Positions 24,190 to 38,699 of a stretch of DNA of 64,000 nt are shown one piece after another (position 1 is the first letter of the stretch; every line of letters begins with the position of its first letter). The translations under genes and the position numbers were made by a program. The notes under the pieces were generated by a model. That model did not search any database. It was given only the letters and a program-made list of their open reading frames with translations, and was not told where the DNA came from. This DNA comes from Octopus bimaculoides (taxonomy: Eukaryota), in NCBI RefSeq assembly GCF_001194135.2, contig NC_068981.1, positions 149,866,652-149,930,651 of the forward strand, written 5' to 3'.

Positions 24190-24840
24190 TTTGGCTCAGA
24201 TTCTGTCTTATTCCTTGAAGGATTTATGTGGGAAGCGAGTTACTACTTGTAACTTTATGTATCCACAAGTTTTCAGCTGTCTTTCAAATGCTTAGAACCC
24301 TCCTGATATTCCTTGCTGTCCCTAAGAGACAAACTTTTTGTTGGAGCGTTACAGAGTATTCTATTCCAATCTCCTTCGGCCATTTGTCTATATTTTTGCT
24401 TACTGTTCCCAACGCACCAATTATTATAGGCACAACCTTTACACTTCTCACACTCCGAATTCTTCCTATTTCAAATTTTAAGTGTTTTTTTCTTTTCCTC
24501 TTCGCCTTCTTTCTTTACGATTCTGGATTCAAAGGAGCATGATGGGTCGATTAGTAAGCAACTTCACTTTTCTTTATGTATGACGTTCTGTTATTATTTA
24601 TCTTCTTGTCCGTTTGAATATCAAAGTTCCACAAAATCTTACAGTTCTGCAACTCTAGATCTCTTTCGACTCAATGATTTTACCATGTGTTTCCAGTTTC
24701 AAATCCCCATTTCTGGCAAAGTTTCCAGTGTAAAACGTTTACAATCTGGTCATGCCTCCATTTCTTATATTCTTTTTGTGCCAACTTGCGACATTCTGTC
24801 ACAATGTGTGCTACTGTCTCGTTCCAAGTTCCACAGGCTC
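24190..24840 (-). mobile_element. Second R4/Dong-like LINE 3' fragment (CCHC knuckle plus RLE), with stop codons
   Basis: RACGTWNETVAHIVTECRKLAQKEYKKWRHDQIVNVLHWKLCQKWG..KILWNFDIQTD ... LKFEIGRI..VKVVPIIIGALGTV..LQQKVCLLGTARNIRRVLSI*. (TTA)n lies on both flanks. Confidence 0.88.
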
Positions 24841-25513
24841 TATATTATTATTATTGTTTTTGTTGTTGTTGTTGTTATTATTATTATAATAATAATAATA
24901 ATTTTGGAACGCTTATTTAATAAATTGTAATTTCGTTAAATGGTCTACTGTGCTTCTTCGCTGCATAAGTTGCAAACCGTCCGAGCACTCGTGCAATGAT
25001 GGGTATATTCCATTTAATATTAAAAGAAATACTCTCATCCATCAAGCTGTAAAAAAAGACTTGAATAGTTTCTATTAGAAATAATAAAAACAGAAAGATT
25101 GGAGATGTGGATCATATCTGTGCATAAAAGCATTTGCATTCATTCTTGTCTAAACTTCACTACTTTTCGATGCTGTCATTGTATATTTCTATACTTTGCT
25201 AAACACAATATCTAGGGCAAGCTCTAGAATCAGTTCAATTATAATATGGGGGTAGTATGATAAAAAGTTTGATATAATCTTTCCATGTTACCTGTAACTA
25301 TATTATGGGCTAAATTGTGTGGAATAAAATAATTTCTCAGTACCTTATTTTAAATGTTAAATTGGGGAAGAAAATTATTTCTATCAATAAAAGAGAAAAT
25401 TTTACGCGTTTTCGCTTATGATTTAATGTTTTGGAATTTACGATTATGCAGTATTTTTATATTTATTCTCTCTCTTACACACTTTTTTTTTACTTTCTCT
25501 TTCTGTGTATATG

Positions 25514-25550
<37 letters not shown>

Positions 25551-25643
25551 CTATATATGTATCTGTGTACACAAGTTAATGCTCACATGTACGTGCCTAT
25601 CACTCTTCCTCTTCCCCCCCTTTTATACTGTACACACAAGCAC

Positions 25644-25685
<42 letters not shown>

Positions 25686-26406
25686 GGTGAATAAAGGGAG
25701 AAAAGAAAACAGTAAAAGAACGAGAACATACAATATGAGGACAATAAGAGAAAGAGGGAGATAGGGAATAGAGAGCAATTGACATACAGGCTGAAACAAA
25801 GAGATAAATGGGAACATGAATTTATTATCACGAAAAATACATCGAAACGTGGCAACACTTATAAGCTAATAGATGTAGAAAGTGAAAGTAGTAAATTACA
25901 ACGGAAAAATAAATACGCGAGCGAGAGAATAAGCAGAATCGTAATAGAAAATAAAGATCAGGTGAAGAGAAGATATATGAAAAGAGCATAGAGATATTGT
26001 CCAAATATAATAAATTAGTTCCAAGACGAAAATAGTATATGGAAGGAGAGCTTAATAAACACAGAATCAATATTTTGAATAATTGCTGAAAATGAAGAGA
26101 CTGATTAATCAGAATATGTTACATGAAATTAGAGCAGGATCTGAATTCTTTTTTTCCCCTGAGTAAAGAAAGATCACGATCAATTGTCTTTTAAAAGAGG
26201 AAGAACAAAATGGAGTCGATCTGTTGATTTAATTAATTTCCTAAAAGAAAAGAGCTACGTAAGATTAATTTTAGAAATATTAGTGCTTGTTGGCATTAGA
26301 AAGCTGTAAAATATCGTGAGTAAATTTTCTGATCATTGTCCGTTTAGAGTTTGGTAATTTTATTAAGAAAGGCATAAACAATGTAATCTCATTTTATCCA
26401 TTTCAA

Positions 26407-26408
<2 letters not shown>

Positions 26409-26470
<62 letters not shown>
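26409..26470. repeat. (TG)n microsatellite
   Basis: About 31 units. Confidence 0.97.
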
Positions 26471-26473
<3 letters not shown>

Positions 26474-27399
26474 CCAATAGCTGACGTCGTAAAAGCTTTG
26501 GTGGGATGTAGTTTCAAACTTTTACTAAAACTATAGCTCCAAATTAAGAATATTCACATATCACTCGATCTTCTCAAGAGGACCGAAAACTCTCTCCAAT
26601 CTAACATTACATTGTACGGGTAGGTCATATAATGTAATCCTAGATACAGTATGTATGTGACTGGAAAAAAAGTAGAAGATTATCAACTATAATGACTTAT
26701 TATGAATAGTCGGTCAACGCTTTTCTGGGCTAACAAGGCGCACAAGATCAATCCTTCTCCATTCTTCTTTCTTATATTCAATGTTTCTAATTCCTTTATG
26801 TGTCAGCAAAATTATTGACAGGCATGAAATATATCAATACTACTTGAATAACATTTGTTACGAAACGTAAATTCCTGAAGAATTAAAAAATGTTACAACA
26901 TTCAGACATACACATGTACACATACGCGAACGCATACATGAACACGGATTTCTTTCGTCTGATTTCAGAGACATTATATATTAGGGGAAACAAAATAGGA
27001 CGTTTTAATTTTTATTTCTATAAAAACCTCACCAAATCTTACAAGACAATATATGTGGAAGACAATTTTCCTGAAATAGAGAAATGGTTCGCATGCATGC
27101 AATACCAGTAAATTCATGGTTGAGTATATCAACTAAGAATATGTACAGTCCCTCTAATGGTACTCTAAATGTGACATGCCAAATTTGACGCTCGGTGGGA
27201 TATAATCGTGATCATGTAACTGAAAAGCAACGTTCTTAGTTACACGACATTCCTTCCCCTTGATGGGACGAGATGAATGAGAAGTAGCTATGACCTACGA
27301 AGACCTTCCTAAATGAGTGAAATTGATATCAGTAATGGTCCTCCCGAACCATTGTATAACAACACCTGTAAGAAATATTTTAGCAGGGAGGAAATCCCA

Positions 27400-27800
27400 C
27401 GGAGCGAAGGCATTAGAAAGGAAATGCTAGTGCGGGAGATAGAGGGTTGGATACAACAAGTGTGAAACGAAGGGAGATGAGTGTAAAAGAAAATGCCTGA
27501 GTGGAGGTGTCATGAGCTCGGCTAGCTCCAAGCGCAAACATTATTAAGATAGCGATAGAAAAGGCAGAGGCAGGAGATAACACGCCTGTCAGCCCGAAAG
27601 TAACTGTAGGTGACTTTTTGAGAATCAGTCGGTTGTCACTTTTCTCAACGTCTCTATCTGCAGCAGCAGCAGCATCGATCCGGATGCGAGAGCAATACTC
27701 TGATGTAGAGCTGATATAAGCTTTGTAATGCAACAGCAATCGAACGGAGCTGAAGTATTTCCTTGCTTTGAAGAAAAGAGCAATCAATATCGGTCAGATT
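27400..27800 (-). mobile_element. CR1/Jockey-group LINE RT C-terminal remnant
   Basis: ARKYFSSVRLLLHYKAYISSTSEYCSRI matches the ..YF....LL.LYKA.IRP.LEYCS.IW motif. Confidence 0.65.
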
Positions 27801-28865
27801 GTGTTAAGAATATTCTAATGTGTTTTTACCAGAAGGGATCTTCGGTTATGATTAAATATAACAATAAGAGCGGTTTGGAGTGGTTATAGTTCAGTGATGT
27901 TTTGCATTAAAGCAGGGTGTGCTGCGAAGAAGATTTTTTTTATTAAAATAGCGTTTATGTTTTCTTGGTGTTGGAAGAATCAAGACTAGCTTATCTCTAT
28001 TTGGGGATGCTTCAAAGTTTCTTTTCATGTATTTAGTATGTGTGCTTCACATTCATATTTTCTCCTTTACAGAGAGATAATGCGAAATGATATTCAAATT
28101 TCCCTTAAAAGCTGAAGGACACATTGGTTAATGTCTTTATTGTACAAAATATCCTGTTCGTGGTAACTGAAAGACTTCTGATTATAGGACTGACATTAAG
28201 ATGAGTATAACTGCTTTGTCCAGTTTCTTTGCTATGTAAATCAAATGCTTCAAAATCAGAAATATTGGAAACACAAATTACATATTAAGGATGTTTCATT
28301 AAAATAACGTAAAAACTAGATACTTATATGAATTTAGAAATTTTGATTTTATATTTCTAGTTATGTAAAACCAATTACAACATATGGAAACATAAATGCA
28401 GTGCAAACATGAATTATATGAAAATAGCGATGATTTGCGTAAGGCATTGTCCAACGCTCTAACAATTCAGCCAATCTACCACGCTTGAAATATTACTGAA
28501 TTCATAATGAAAACCTTTTGCTTGTTTTCATTCTTTAAATTTGTTTTCACAATTTAGATTATATGTTTTAAATGCAGGGTGCAATTAGCTGATATATAAC
28601 TCCATGTTTGTCTTGGTCCATCAGATACGTGAGCTAAGGTAATCCAGGTGTGACTACCACATCGTTTCAGTTATGAAAGACTGTATAATCTAATGTGTAG
28701 TAACCAGTTTGAAAATTGCAGTGTGCGAACTGAGGGAGGTTTGGAAGGTGGTTAATACACTTGCCAAATCTCCCTCAAATCACAGTTTCTACTACTGTAT
28801 TGTTAACAACTGGAGAATATTTGTCAAAGCAACAAGGTTTCAATCAAATTATTTCATCTCTTTGA

Positions 28866-28975
28866 GAGCGGAGGCGTGTGGCATAATGGTTTGGGTGTTG
28901 GATTCATGATTGTAAGATCTTTGGTTCAATTGCCTCAGATTGGATGGCGCGCTGCGTTCTTAGTCATGTTACTTC
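28866..28975 (+). mobile_element. SINE head fragment (OR-like)
   Basis: GGAGGCGTGTGGCATAATGGTTTGGGTGTTGGATTCATGATTGTAAGATCTTTGGTTCAATT; similar to 44782-44910. Confidence 0.55.
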
Positions 28976-29779
28976 CTTTTGATGACACTTGCGCACACTT
29001 AGCTCAAATGAGAACGAGTGGCTTATGAAGGCTGCCAACCTTACAACGGGGACAACGTCTTAAGGTTTGCAGTCCTCATGTATGCAGTCAAGCATTCAGT
29101 CAGCTAAATACAAAAGCTGCACTATTTTCCAGCTTCATGGGAGTCACATTAGATCGAGAAACATATTAACTTTTGAAAAATGCATCACTGATGCAAGTAC
29201 TCTTGTACTTCCCGAAAGAAATATGTTCTCTGTCATACGCCAAAAGAAGCTATTATCTTAATATAGAATATCTTTTTTAATTTCCGAACGCATTTTTCTG
29301 TTTCGAAAATAAATGTTTTACTTTGTACAGTGGTTCATTTTAACAAACATATTTACATTTCAATCTGGCAGTTTTTATATTATAGTATTTTTTCCAAATT
29401 TAGTATCTAATTTAGTATTTCAAAACCATAATTCAAATCCAAATATTTGCTGACTAATTAACTTTTTAAAGAATCTCTCTCTAATTAGAAACGCGTTTTA
29501 TCCTACAGAAATATTTTAATTTTAATATCAATTCAATTCCATAAGGATGAGATACTAATGAAAATATAAACACTCACTATTTTTATTTAAGAAAAGAATG
29601 GGAAAATTATGGGGTTCTTTTATTAATAATTTGTGCTATAGAGTGTATGCTAAGGTCTTATTATTACACGAAGATTATACAAAAGTAACGCAAAAATGGT
29701 CGAACTTATTTATCAAGTGATACAGGTCGCGCAAATTGCATAACTGCACGCGCGTGTGTGTACATGTGTGTGTGTATGT

Positions 29780-30330
29780 AACACAGACAACGTATTGGCA
29801 CTATCGTGAAACACAGTTATTGAGTCCTGTGTGAAAAATTGCAGATGAGCATTGCGGTACCCACTAATTAACATCCACTTGCACTTTGTCTGTGCCATCA
29901 AATCGTTATCCTCGAATGTTGTACTATACTGTTTCAAACAAGCAGAAGACTGAGGGTGAAAAATTCAGGCTGTACGATAGATGTGGGAGGGGTCCGACCA
30001 GCTCAGTTTGTCACTTGCTTGATTTGTTACCAAAGACGCGTGCAGTCCATCAACATCATGATGGAAGAGTATTGTTTTCATATAGAGCTTTGATCTCTTC
30101 CTCCTAACGACTTCTTTAAGCTTTGTGTGTGTCTCGATATATCCATCACTGTTTACAGCGCAGGTACCTTCCACAGAATGTAGGAAAATATAGCACTTGT
30201 CACTATAAAACCGCTCGCTGTGATTTTCTGTGTTTAGTAAGGCCTTTAACGAGAAGTGAGATGTCATTCCATGGACTCAAAGATTGTTTCTAGATCATAA
30301 AAATACGCTCACCTACCATCCTCTCATTAT
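29780..30330 (-). pseudogene. Mariner (DD34D-type) transposase remnant
   Basis: YFYDLETIFESMEW (YDPETK.QS.EW-like); VEGTCAVNSDGYIETHTKLKEVVRRKRSKL..ILFHHDVDGLHASLVT..KLSW (HHDNARPH region); then TTFEDND..KWM..QFF. Confidence 0.72.
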
Positions 30331-30526
30331 ATCGGCTTCTTTGTCTTCAATGCTAATTTAGCATATATTCTATAAAATTGTCTGTGTTTCTCACTTATCC
30401 CGAAATATTTTACCTTCTTGTGTTAGTATATATTTGAGATGATTATGAAATATTTCGCTTATTTAAAAGACATCTATTACTCTATCTGTCTGGTTGTCTC
30501 TCTCCATATATATATATACACACACA

Positions 30527-30538
30527 TAGAGAGAGAGA

Positions 30539-30606
<68 letters not shown>
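30527..30606. repeat. (AG)n microsatellite
   Basis: About 40 units. Confidence 0.97.
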
Positions 30607-30610
<4 letters not shown>

Positions 30611-33600
30611 AGTAATAAGATAATATATCTCAATCAAAAATTTATATCCCGAGTTAACTATTCATATATATACGTCTGTGTGAGTGCGCGTGCGTGTGTG
30701 TTTTTGTGCGTCTGTATGTAGGTGTGTGAACGTGTATTTTCGATTGATAGAGAAGAGGTAAACGAGACATTGGCCACCAAATGTTTGAATAAAGTTTGAA
30801 TAGTCTAGAAACTAATGTGATAATGTCTGTTTTCTGATGACAAAATGAGTAAGTAGCGAAGCTGAAATTGTATGTTTACTAACAAAGTTATATATTTACT
30901 ATTAGCTTAAAATGTTCTGTAGTTTACTATGGATTTAAAAGATGCTGCTAGTGTTTAGAGCTGTTATGCAAATTTGACGGACGATTTTAGCCAGCTACTA
31001 GATTGAATGCTATGAAATAACTAACCTATCCATGGATACATAACGGGTATTCATTTTCTGATGCAGAAGACTAAATTCTAGTAATGTAGAAACCACAATA
31101 CCATCTATAGATTGATAGTCTATGATTTAAGCATTGTTACTATTACCAATATTAAGAAATACCGCACATTTCAAATTATCCAGAAATGTAGAGTAGTGTG
31201 CTAAGAAATATGTGTTATGTATATCTTTTATAAAACAATAGAATATGAATTTTTTTTCACTCTTTCATTGTAACTCAATTATATCTCTTAAAATGTAATT
31301 TGAAAGTTATTTGTTAATTACTTACGCTGGATTTAACTAATGATGTAATTAATAACTTTTAAAATTTCACATAAAAATTTATAACATTTCATCAAAAGTA
31401 TGACAGATGTTTAAGAAAGTACCTCAGTGGTAGATCAAGCATAAACTATTATCATTAGCAGCAATGTTGCAATTAAGTTTTCAAACTTTCATTATCAGTG
31501 CTTCATTTTTAAATCAAGGAATCCTATATCATTTACAACCAAACAGTAAAATCCAAAGTAATTACTGATGAGCTGTATCGACAAATATTAAGTTAAAACT
31601 TTGAGAAATCAATATGATATGGCTTTCTGTGAGAAATTAGATATTTGCGCAGCATCTTTCATAACTTAGTTTGTGTATACTCCTTATGTCACTAAGTGTT
31701 TTTTTTTAATCTCCGTTTAGAGATACAAAATAGACGTTAACCGACGATAGAATTTATAGCAGTAGACATGCTTTTAAAAGAACTTATTTGCTTTCTTCAA
31801 TTGAAATCTTTGTTCAAAAATTTTATATTTCCCTCATAAACATAACAGTCAGTGTCTAAAAATAGTTTTTTATGTTTTTTTTTATTCATCTGTAAATACA
31901 ATCAGTTTTCCTTTCATATCGATTGCATGATATTAGTTCTTGATTTTACATTGCCAAAGTAAATTTTGATTTTGTCATTCTTTTATTTGAGTTTCATTTC
32001 CATAGAAAGTGATGTACTGTTATGAAAAGAAATATCGATATCATACTAAGGGAACTGAAAGAATTTTATCAGACACTTTCGCTTTCATGAAAATCCCAGA
32101 AGGATGAAAGTTTCCAGGATAAAATTGACCCCGTGATATTGACCTCATTATTGAGTTTTGTCAAAATAAAAGATTTGAATGAAGATGTAAAAGAATATTA
32201 TGCTCTTCTTATTCTATTCAGTAAAACTGCCCTTCCATCTTGTTTTAATCAATACTAATTGAAACATAGCATTAAACTGTTGAAATGCTAATGGCAGAGA
32301 AATAAGCTAAAGCTATTTCTTTTTATTTGAATGGAATGTACGGCTGGAAAGTTTTACACAATAAAAGAAACTGAACGCCAATGTATAAATAATAAATGAA
32401 TTTAAACTTTCATCAAAATGTGCCCTAGGCTATGTCAATTAGCCAATATGTCAATAAATGTACACCGAAATCGCACTAAACTAAATTATTCTTGGGTATT
32501 TATATCAATTATGCGATGCTAATTATAGTATAAAGTTTTGAAAATATTTCAAAGAATTTTATCTGCTAATTATATAAATTCTTTTAAGCAAACCGCTGGC
32601 ATATAAAAGAAATCAAGAATGCATTTCAAAACATTGACCAAACAAGAATGACACATTCACTGAGGAATGTTTGTAATTGTAGGGTATTGTTATGTATTTT
32701 TCGATCTAAGCAACATTTATTCCATTTATTTATATATACATTTAAATGCTGCTACTGTTTAATATCAGAACAAATAGAAATGATTGGTTAATTTTCATCC
32801 CGGAATAATCTATTATGTACTTTCAAATGATGTGTGTAGCGTATTGATATTCAAATCCCACTTAGTTTTCAGACGATAGCTATATCTTGGAAACGTTCAT
32901 TAAATATAACACATCAGTGTTAATAAATCTCAGATATCATTCTATTTATTTAAATTTATTCTATATAATAATTTTTGAAGAGTAGTCTCTTTATATTGCC
33001 GCAGAAGCTCAAATGCACATTAAATCGTTTAAAAGTTAAATCGGAGATCCGTGCAACTCTAGTTTAAGATTTCTTATTCGCCGATAGTTGTGAACCTTGA
33101 AATTAAGACAGTGCAATGTAATCACAATGTGTAATTTCTATTTGCTCGCAGTTCTTACAGAATTAAAATAATCTTGAAGAAAAACTAAATTATGTTTACA
33201 ACTGTTCCAAGTGAGTCGTGCATGGAGACCAGCGTAATTCTTTAAAGAACCAAACTTAATATAGGAATTCTATTTTTGTAACTTGACATCTAGTTCCCGA
33301 TGATAGATTTCTATACTCTTTGATCAACTTGAGAAAGGAAAAGACCTTTGGGATACCGGAAAAATTATCTGACTTAACCGAAGCTTACCCTTAAGCTTTG
33401 CATCACCATTTTCTTGCTATACTCATTAGACCTTTTACATAAGTATGCCAGTAATAGCGTGCTGTCTTTCAAATGAAGCTTGTCTGATTATCATAAGCGA
33501 TGTGTTGGTCATGTAATCAAACTTGAGGATTTCTGGCTCCCAAGATGAATTAGTTCAGGAAAGCCAATTTTGTAACGCTGGATATTCGCTGTTTATAGAG

Positions 33601-34499
33601 AATATCTCGCATAGAACAGATGAAATTTGCGCTTTGTAACAAGAACAATTTGCACTTTGAGGAAACTGCAATTATCGTTCAAATGTATTATATTTTGTAA
33701 TTGAAACATGTACTTGTTTTCAGGTTTTCTCAAATTGTATTTAATTAAAGTTATTCATATAATTACTACGTCGAATAGAAATAGAAATATCTATAGACAT
33801 TTGTGCTATGGTAACTCAACAGAATACGTTAGAGATGTACGATGATGTAGATTTAACCAAAAATTACAGTACTCAATTGCAAAATTTGATTTATAAGGAA
33901 CGGAGAAAATTGTAATTCTTTTCTTTCTTGAATTTAAGATTACTTTCTGTAAAAGGTTGAAAAAAGAAATGATTTTTGAAAGATTATACATAACTTTTAT
34001 AAACGTAATTTGCAATTAAGCTATCCTGGAAAAATATTTATTAAAGGCAATAAATTTAAATTGGCATCTAACAAGGCAATATATTCAAACTCATTCTAAT
34101 ATTCCTATTGGAGTTTAGTTCTGTCATAATATGAAAGTATTCATCGCAATCTATTCAAAGCATTTTATTTTCTAATATTATTTATCCAAAAGTTAGTGTA
34201 TTTATATTTATTCGTGACAACAAAACGTTAATATAAGTTTACCCTACATATTGAAATATGTACATGTATTTCAACAATTTCATTGGAATGTATCTCACTT
34301 TATTTACACACCTAATATTGTTCTTATAGATATTCTGAAAATGTTACTGTAATTTTATTTACTAAATTTACTTGTTCTTCAGTTCACTAGTGTCATTCAA
34401 TTATAATAAATATTTTATTATATCAGTAACATTTTATTTGAAATATAGTTTACAACGAAATCGATTATGCGTATTAACAATGGCATAATATCGATTGCA

Positions 34500-34620
34500 T
34501 ACATAGGCACAAGAGAAAAAAATGTGCGGGGTGGGGCATAGATGAACATGTAGGACGACCTCGGATTGATTCAAATTCAGAACGCTAAAGAAATCTAGCT
34601 CAATCCCGGAAGGTATTTTA
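34500..34620 (-). mobile_element. Internally deleted decayed SINE of the Meta-like family
   Basis: ATAGGCACAAG...GACGACCTCGGATTGATTCAAATTCAGAACG is the reverse complement of tail plus B-box region. Confidence 0.4.
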
Positions 34621-35574
34621 ACTGTTACTATTGAATTTGGCCATCATATGTTGTAAAATATATCATCTAATGTCGTTTTTGTTAGATGCTCTTATCAATG
34701 TAAGATTCAGCAACGAGACATAGAAATCTATGTTTTTGAGAAAAGATACTGTTATGTCTCAACGCTACTGCTATCTAGCACCTTCGGATGATCTCTACTC
34801 AACTGCTACACAACTGCTACTCGACTGCTACTCAACACACCTACCACGGCCAGACTACCTCTATTTATATATCTTGGGAGATCCTACTTCTTCGCCTGGG
34901 AGCGTCGACACAACAGATACCAATTGTTTTTTTTATTTTTATTCTGTGTAAGTTCCACACAAACCCATATATTACGAATTGGCTAGAAACATCGTGAACA
35001 AGTCAAAGGGAGCTATCAAACAATAGTATTTTCCCCATTCTGAAAATGTCTAATGTGGAAGTGCTATCCGATGCTCCAGGGCTTCTGCCAAGATAATAAA
35101 ATTATGAAGAATAGCATTGGTACTTAAATTCCACACTATCCAATATAAAGAAGATTTAACACAAAATGATTTAATGTATTTTACATTAATTGTTGAATTA
35201 GAAATGTTGCTTTCGAAAACGGTATCTGATGATCTTGATGAAAAAAAAATCTAATTGAAAACTATTCTCCCGCTCAAATCTAAGGAGTGAGACAGCACTA
35301 TAGCAACTAGGGATTTATAGTCATGCTATATTGGAACTTGAAATTATCGACTTCAAATTAATTAGTAGGTTCGTTGATTAGAGAATAAATTTGTTAATAA
35401 TGCACTACACTACGTTCATCGCTAAATGTAAAATGTATGATATGGTATATTCAATAATGAACAATATCAATTGTATCCATCATTATAATGTGTAATCACG
35501 TTCACGTAAACAAATATTTTATTATACCAAAGCTGGAGCAGTGAGCGTAGTGGGTGTAAGAGAGAAAAACGAAA

Positions 35575-35605
<31 letters not shown>

Positions 35606-37194
35606 CAGACAGACAGAGAGAGTATGTTTGTATTTATGAGTGTTTAATCTTTAAAATTATTCAGTGATGGACAGAAATCCAGTCTCAAGCCTAGAAGCAA
35701 AGGTCTATCATGGGAACCTAGACATCAGAGAGTAATCTTCAGTGAGCAGACATCAGTGAGTAGGCATCAACTGTAGTGGTCCATTATACCCTGAGGTTAT
35801 TTTAGAGTACATTTACTTATTTATGCGTTGGATGACATCTCTTAATTTCGTAGTCTCCGTCGGCTGTTGACTGAAGCAAACATCTTATTTCCTGTTGCTC
35901 TATTGCAAAATATATACTTGAATCCATGGGATAATACTCCAGTTGTTGATTCCACAAACTACACTAATTATTAAACTTGCTGCTACTTTGAAGCTTTTAG
36001 CAAATATATCCAGCATGGTATTTTGATGAATTCTTCCGGCAAAATTTGGTAATATGTTTGCGTGTATGTAACCCCACACATAAGTTGAGTAATACTTTCA
36101 AAGAAGCCCATTTTAAACATTGAAGATGTTATCTATGTCATGCAAGCCGATTCAATTTAAAGCCGGTCAGATGGACGTCGTCATTCAGTTGTGCGTAGTT
36201 GTTGTCGAAAGGACACGCGCAAATTACACACACACACATACACACACACAAGTATATGTTTGTGTGTGTGTACATCCAAATACATATATGCATACATAGA
36301 CACACACACAGTATATACGTATAAATAATAGTATGCAGATCTTGTGTTGAAAAAGCCTTTTGAATAGAAAAAGCAATTATTATCAGTTGATAGCACTCTA
36401 CGCTTTCGAAGGAAGCGTTAGGTAAGTACATAGCATAATATCAGTTAATGAATAAATACATAGCAAGTGTAGCACAATCATTTTCATTATCTGACAGCTG
36501 TTTCTGCTATAAAACGCAGGAAACCCATAGTTGGGAGCTTATGTGAGGTCCTATAGTTTCCACAGAGCTATTAAGATGAAATATAGTTTAATTCGGAAAA
36601 CATTTGTGCAGATATAGTCCGTTACATTTCGAACCGCGCAGATGCTCATTTATTGGTTTATTTCTGTACGTTTTATGGAGTTTTCATAGTCTTAATACAC
36701 GTACTAATTTGTCGAAAAGAATACTTGGTACAAATGTAGGAAGCAGTAATGTAGAAAAGATATTTTCTAAAATATTTTAGGCTATGCTTAAATGTTTAAT
36801 ATATGAGTAATTAACTTACCTAGTTAAGCTTCTTTACTAGTAGTTTTGTTAAGCTTATATTTTAAATGAATTGGATTTTATGTAGTTTCCAGATATTGGT
36901 CAGTTAGCTGTAGTGGTACGAGTAATTGAGGTGATCTAGCACTTGCAAACTCATTCAGATCCTACGTGTTTGCTAGTGATTTTATGAAGTCCTTAGATTT
37001 GATAAATATATTTTAGAGGAATTTGTGAAATTACGCATACAGGTACGGATATATGCGGACATATGCTTTCCGCGTGCGCATGTGTTTATATTGCGCTAGA
37101 AGCTCAAACTTCGATACGTGCCTTCAACATGAAAACAGCTATGCTTGTCTTTTCTTTCTCTTCATTAGTCTGTACACGACAAACCACTAGTCAT

Positions 37195-37650
37195 ATCCGT
37201 TCAGTGTAAATACCTAGACTGCATAATTTCCGAACACTGCAAAACCGATGAGGAAATTATAACCGTTATGACACATGCTCTTATATTACAGAAATGTTCA
37301 AGGAAAAATTTCCTGACCAGACTTTCCTCTCCCAGACAGTCTCTGTCCCCCTCACTTATAATGGTGGGAAACCAGCAACCACCACAACACAGTTTATTAC
37401 TTCAGGGAACTCTACATTTTTCAGTCACCTGATGAGATAAGATTGCTCATATAAAACCTTGAATCTCCACAACAAGATATCGACATAGGATTACCCGATA
37501 ATTAGTGCATCTGTTTGACTCAGACTTGCTCCTTAGAATCCCCTATGACTGATTAGAATACGGTTGATTCTTGGATAGCGGACCAAATAAACAGTTCAAC
37601 GACAAGACAAACTGGAGACCACCATGAAGAAGAGTAACATCAACGCTTAA
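37195..37650 (+). mobile_element. RTE/BovB-like LINE RT C-terminal remnant
   Basis: KYLDCIISEHCKTDEEIITVMTHA (YLGS.IS....DEEI..RI..A) and RIPYD*LEYG..GPNKQFND..NWR (R.PKQLLYGEL..G.P..R.KD..WR). Confidence 0.5.
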
Positions 37651-38237
37651 AGAAAGGGAGAAATTGCTATCCGTCGTTCAGTTTGGTTTTCAAGAAAGAT
37701 TGCTATAAACTAAAATAAAAGGAGAAACAAAGCATACAATAGAATTGGTATCCCCAAACGATTATTAACGTAACTCTTCTGCCTCTGATGCCCTACATCA
37801 AATGGTATGTTTTACAATCATGAAAGAAAAGACAAATGAATGAAGTTAACTTTCTGACGCAAACAAGTTGCAGGGTATATAGGCTTTTAAAACTGTTTCG
37901 CCCGTCAATATGGTATTGTGTTACTTATGTCTCCTAATATTAATCAAATTAATTTTAGACTCAAGAATTAAATTAGATAATAAATTATTCCAATCTTTTT
38001 CCCAAACTAAAATCGAAGAAACCACGTAAAATATTTAAAAAATATTCTAATCAATAAACATTTAACTAAATGTTAAACTATTATATAATCACTAAATTCT
38101 AATGAAGAATCGACATTTTCTTCGTAACTGTAAATTTATATCATGGAAATTCCTGAAACATCAAATCTAGCTACTCTTGCACCAAATATTCTGATGCAAA
38201 CACTCAGGAACATCGCGTTTTATTACATTTAATGAGC

Positions 38238-38325
38238 AGTGAACTTCGAAGCGCATTCGGCCAGTTAAGCCATCGTAGGACTGCAGACCGACGTCGGCTT
38301 AACTGGCCGAAACTTCGAAGTCACT
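38238..38325. repeat. GC-rich inverted repeat (88-nt hairpin)
   Basis: TTCGGCCAGTTAAGCC (38256-38271) is the exact reverse complement of 38296-38311. Outer arms AGTGAACTTCGAAG / CTTCGAAGTCACT. Confidence 0.9.
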
Positions 38326-38595
38326 ATGAAGAATATTCTTGTTTAGAAATAATAAAGCTGTACTCTACAAAAGTATAGAGTAATCTATCAGATAAATATA
38401 TAAAATTGTTTTTATTATAACTGTACATAAAAACAAACATTAATATATATATAGAAAAATTCCCTTGCAAATGCTACATGGACACAAACTGTGTCGATAG
38501 CTAGCTGGAAAAGATGCTTCCCTGGGGCTAGAACAACATCATCTTTTATAGGACTGCCACAGTCTGTTGGCATATAAACATTACTATATATATGT

Positions 38596-38699
<104 letters not shown>

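Noticed and set aside
36387-36421. 35-nt segment LIALYAFEGSV ending at a perfect AG|GTAAGT donor, SH3-like ALY motif
   Set aside because: The acceptor lacks a pyrimidine tract, there is an in-frame stop just upstream, and no partner exons were found.
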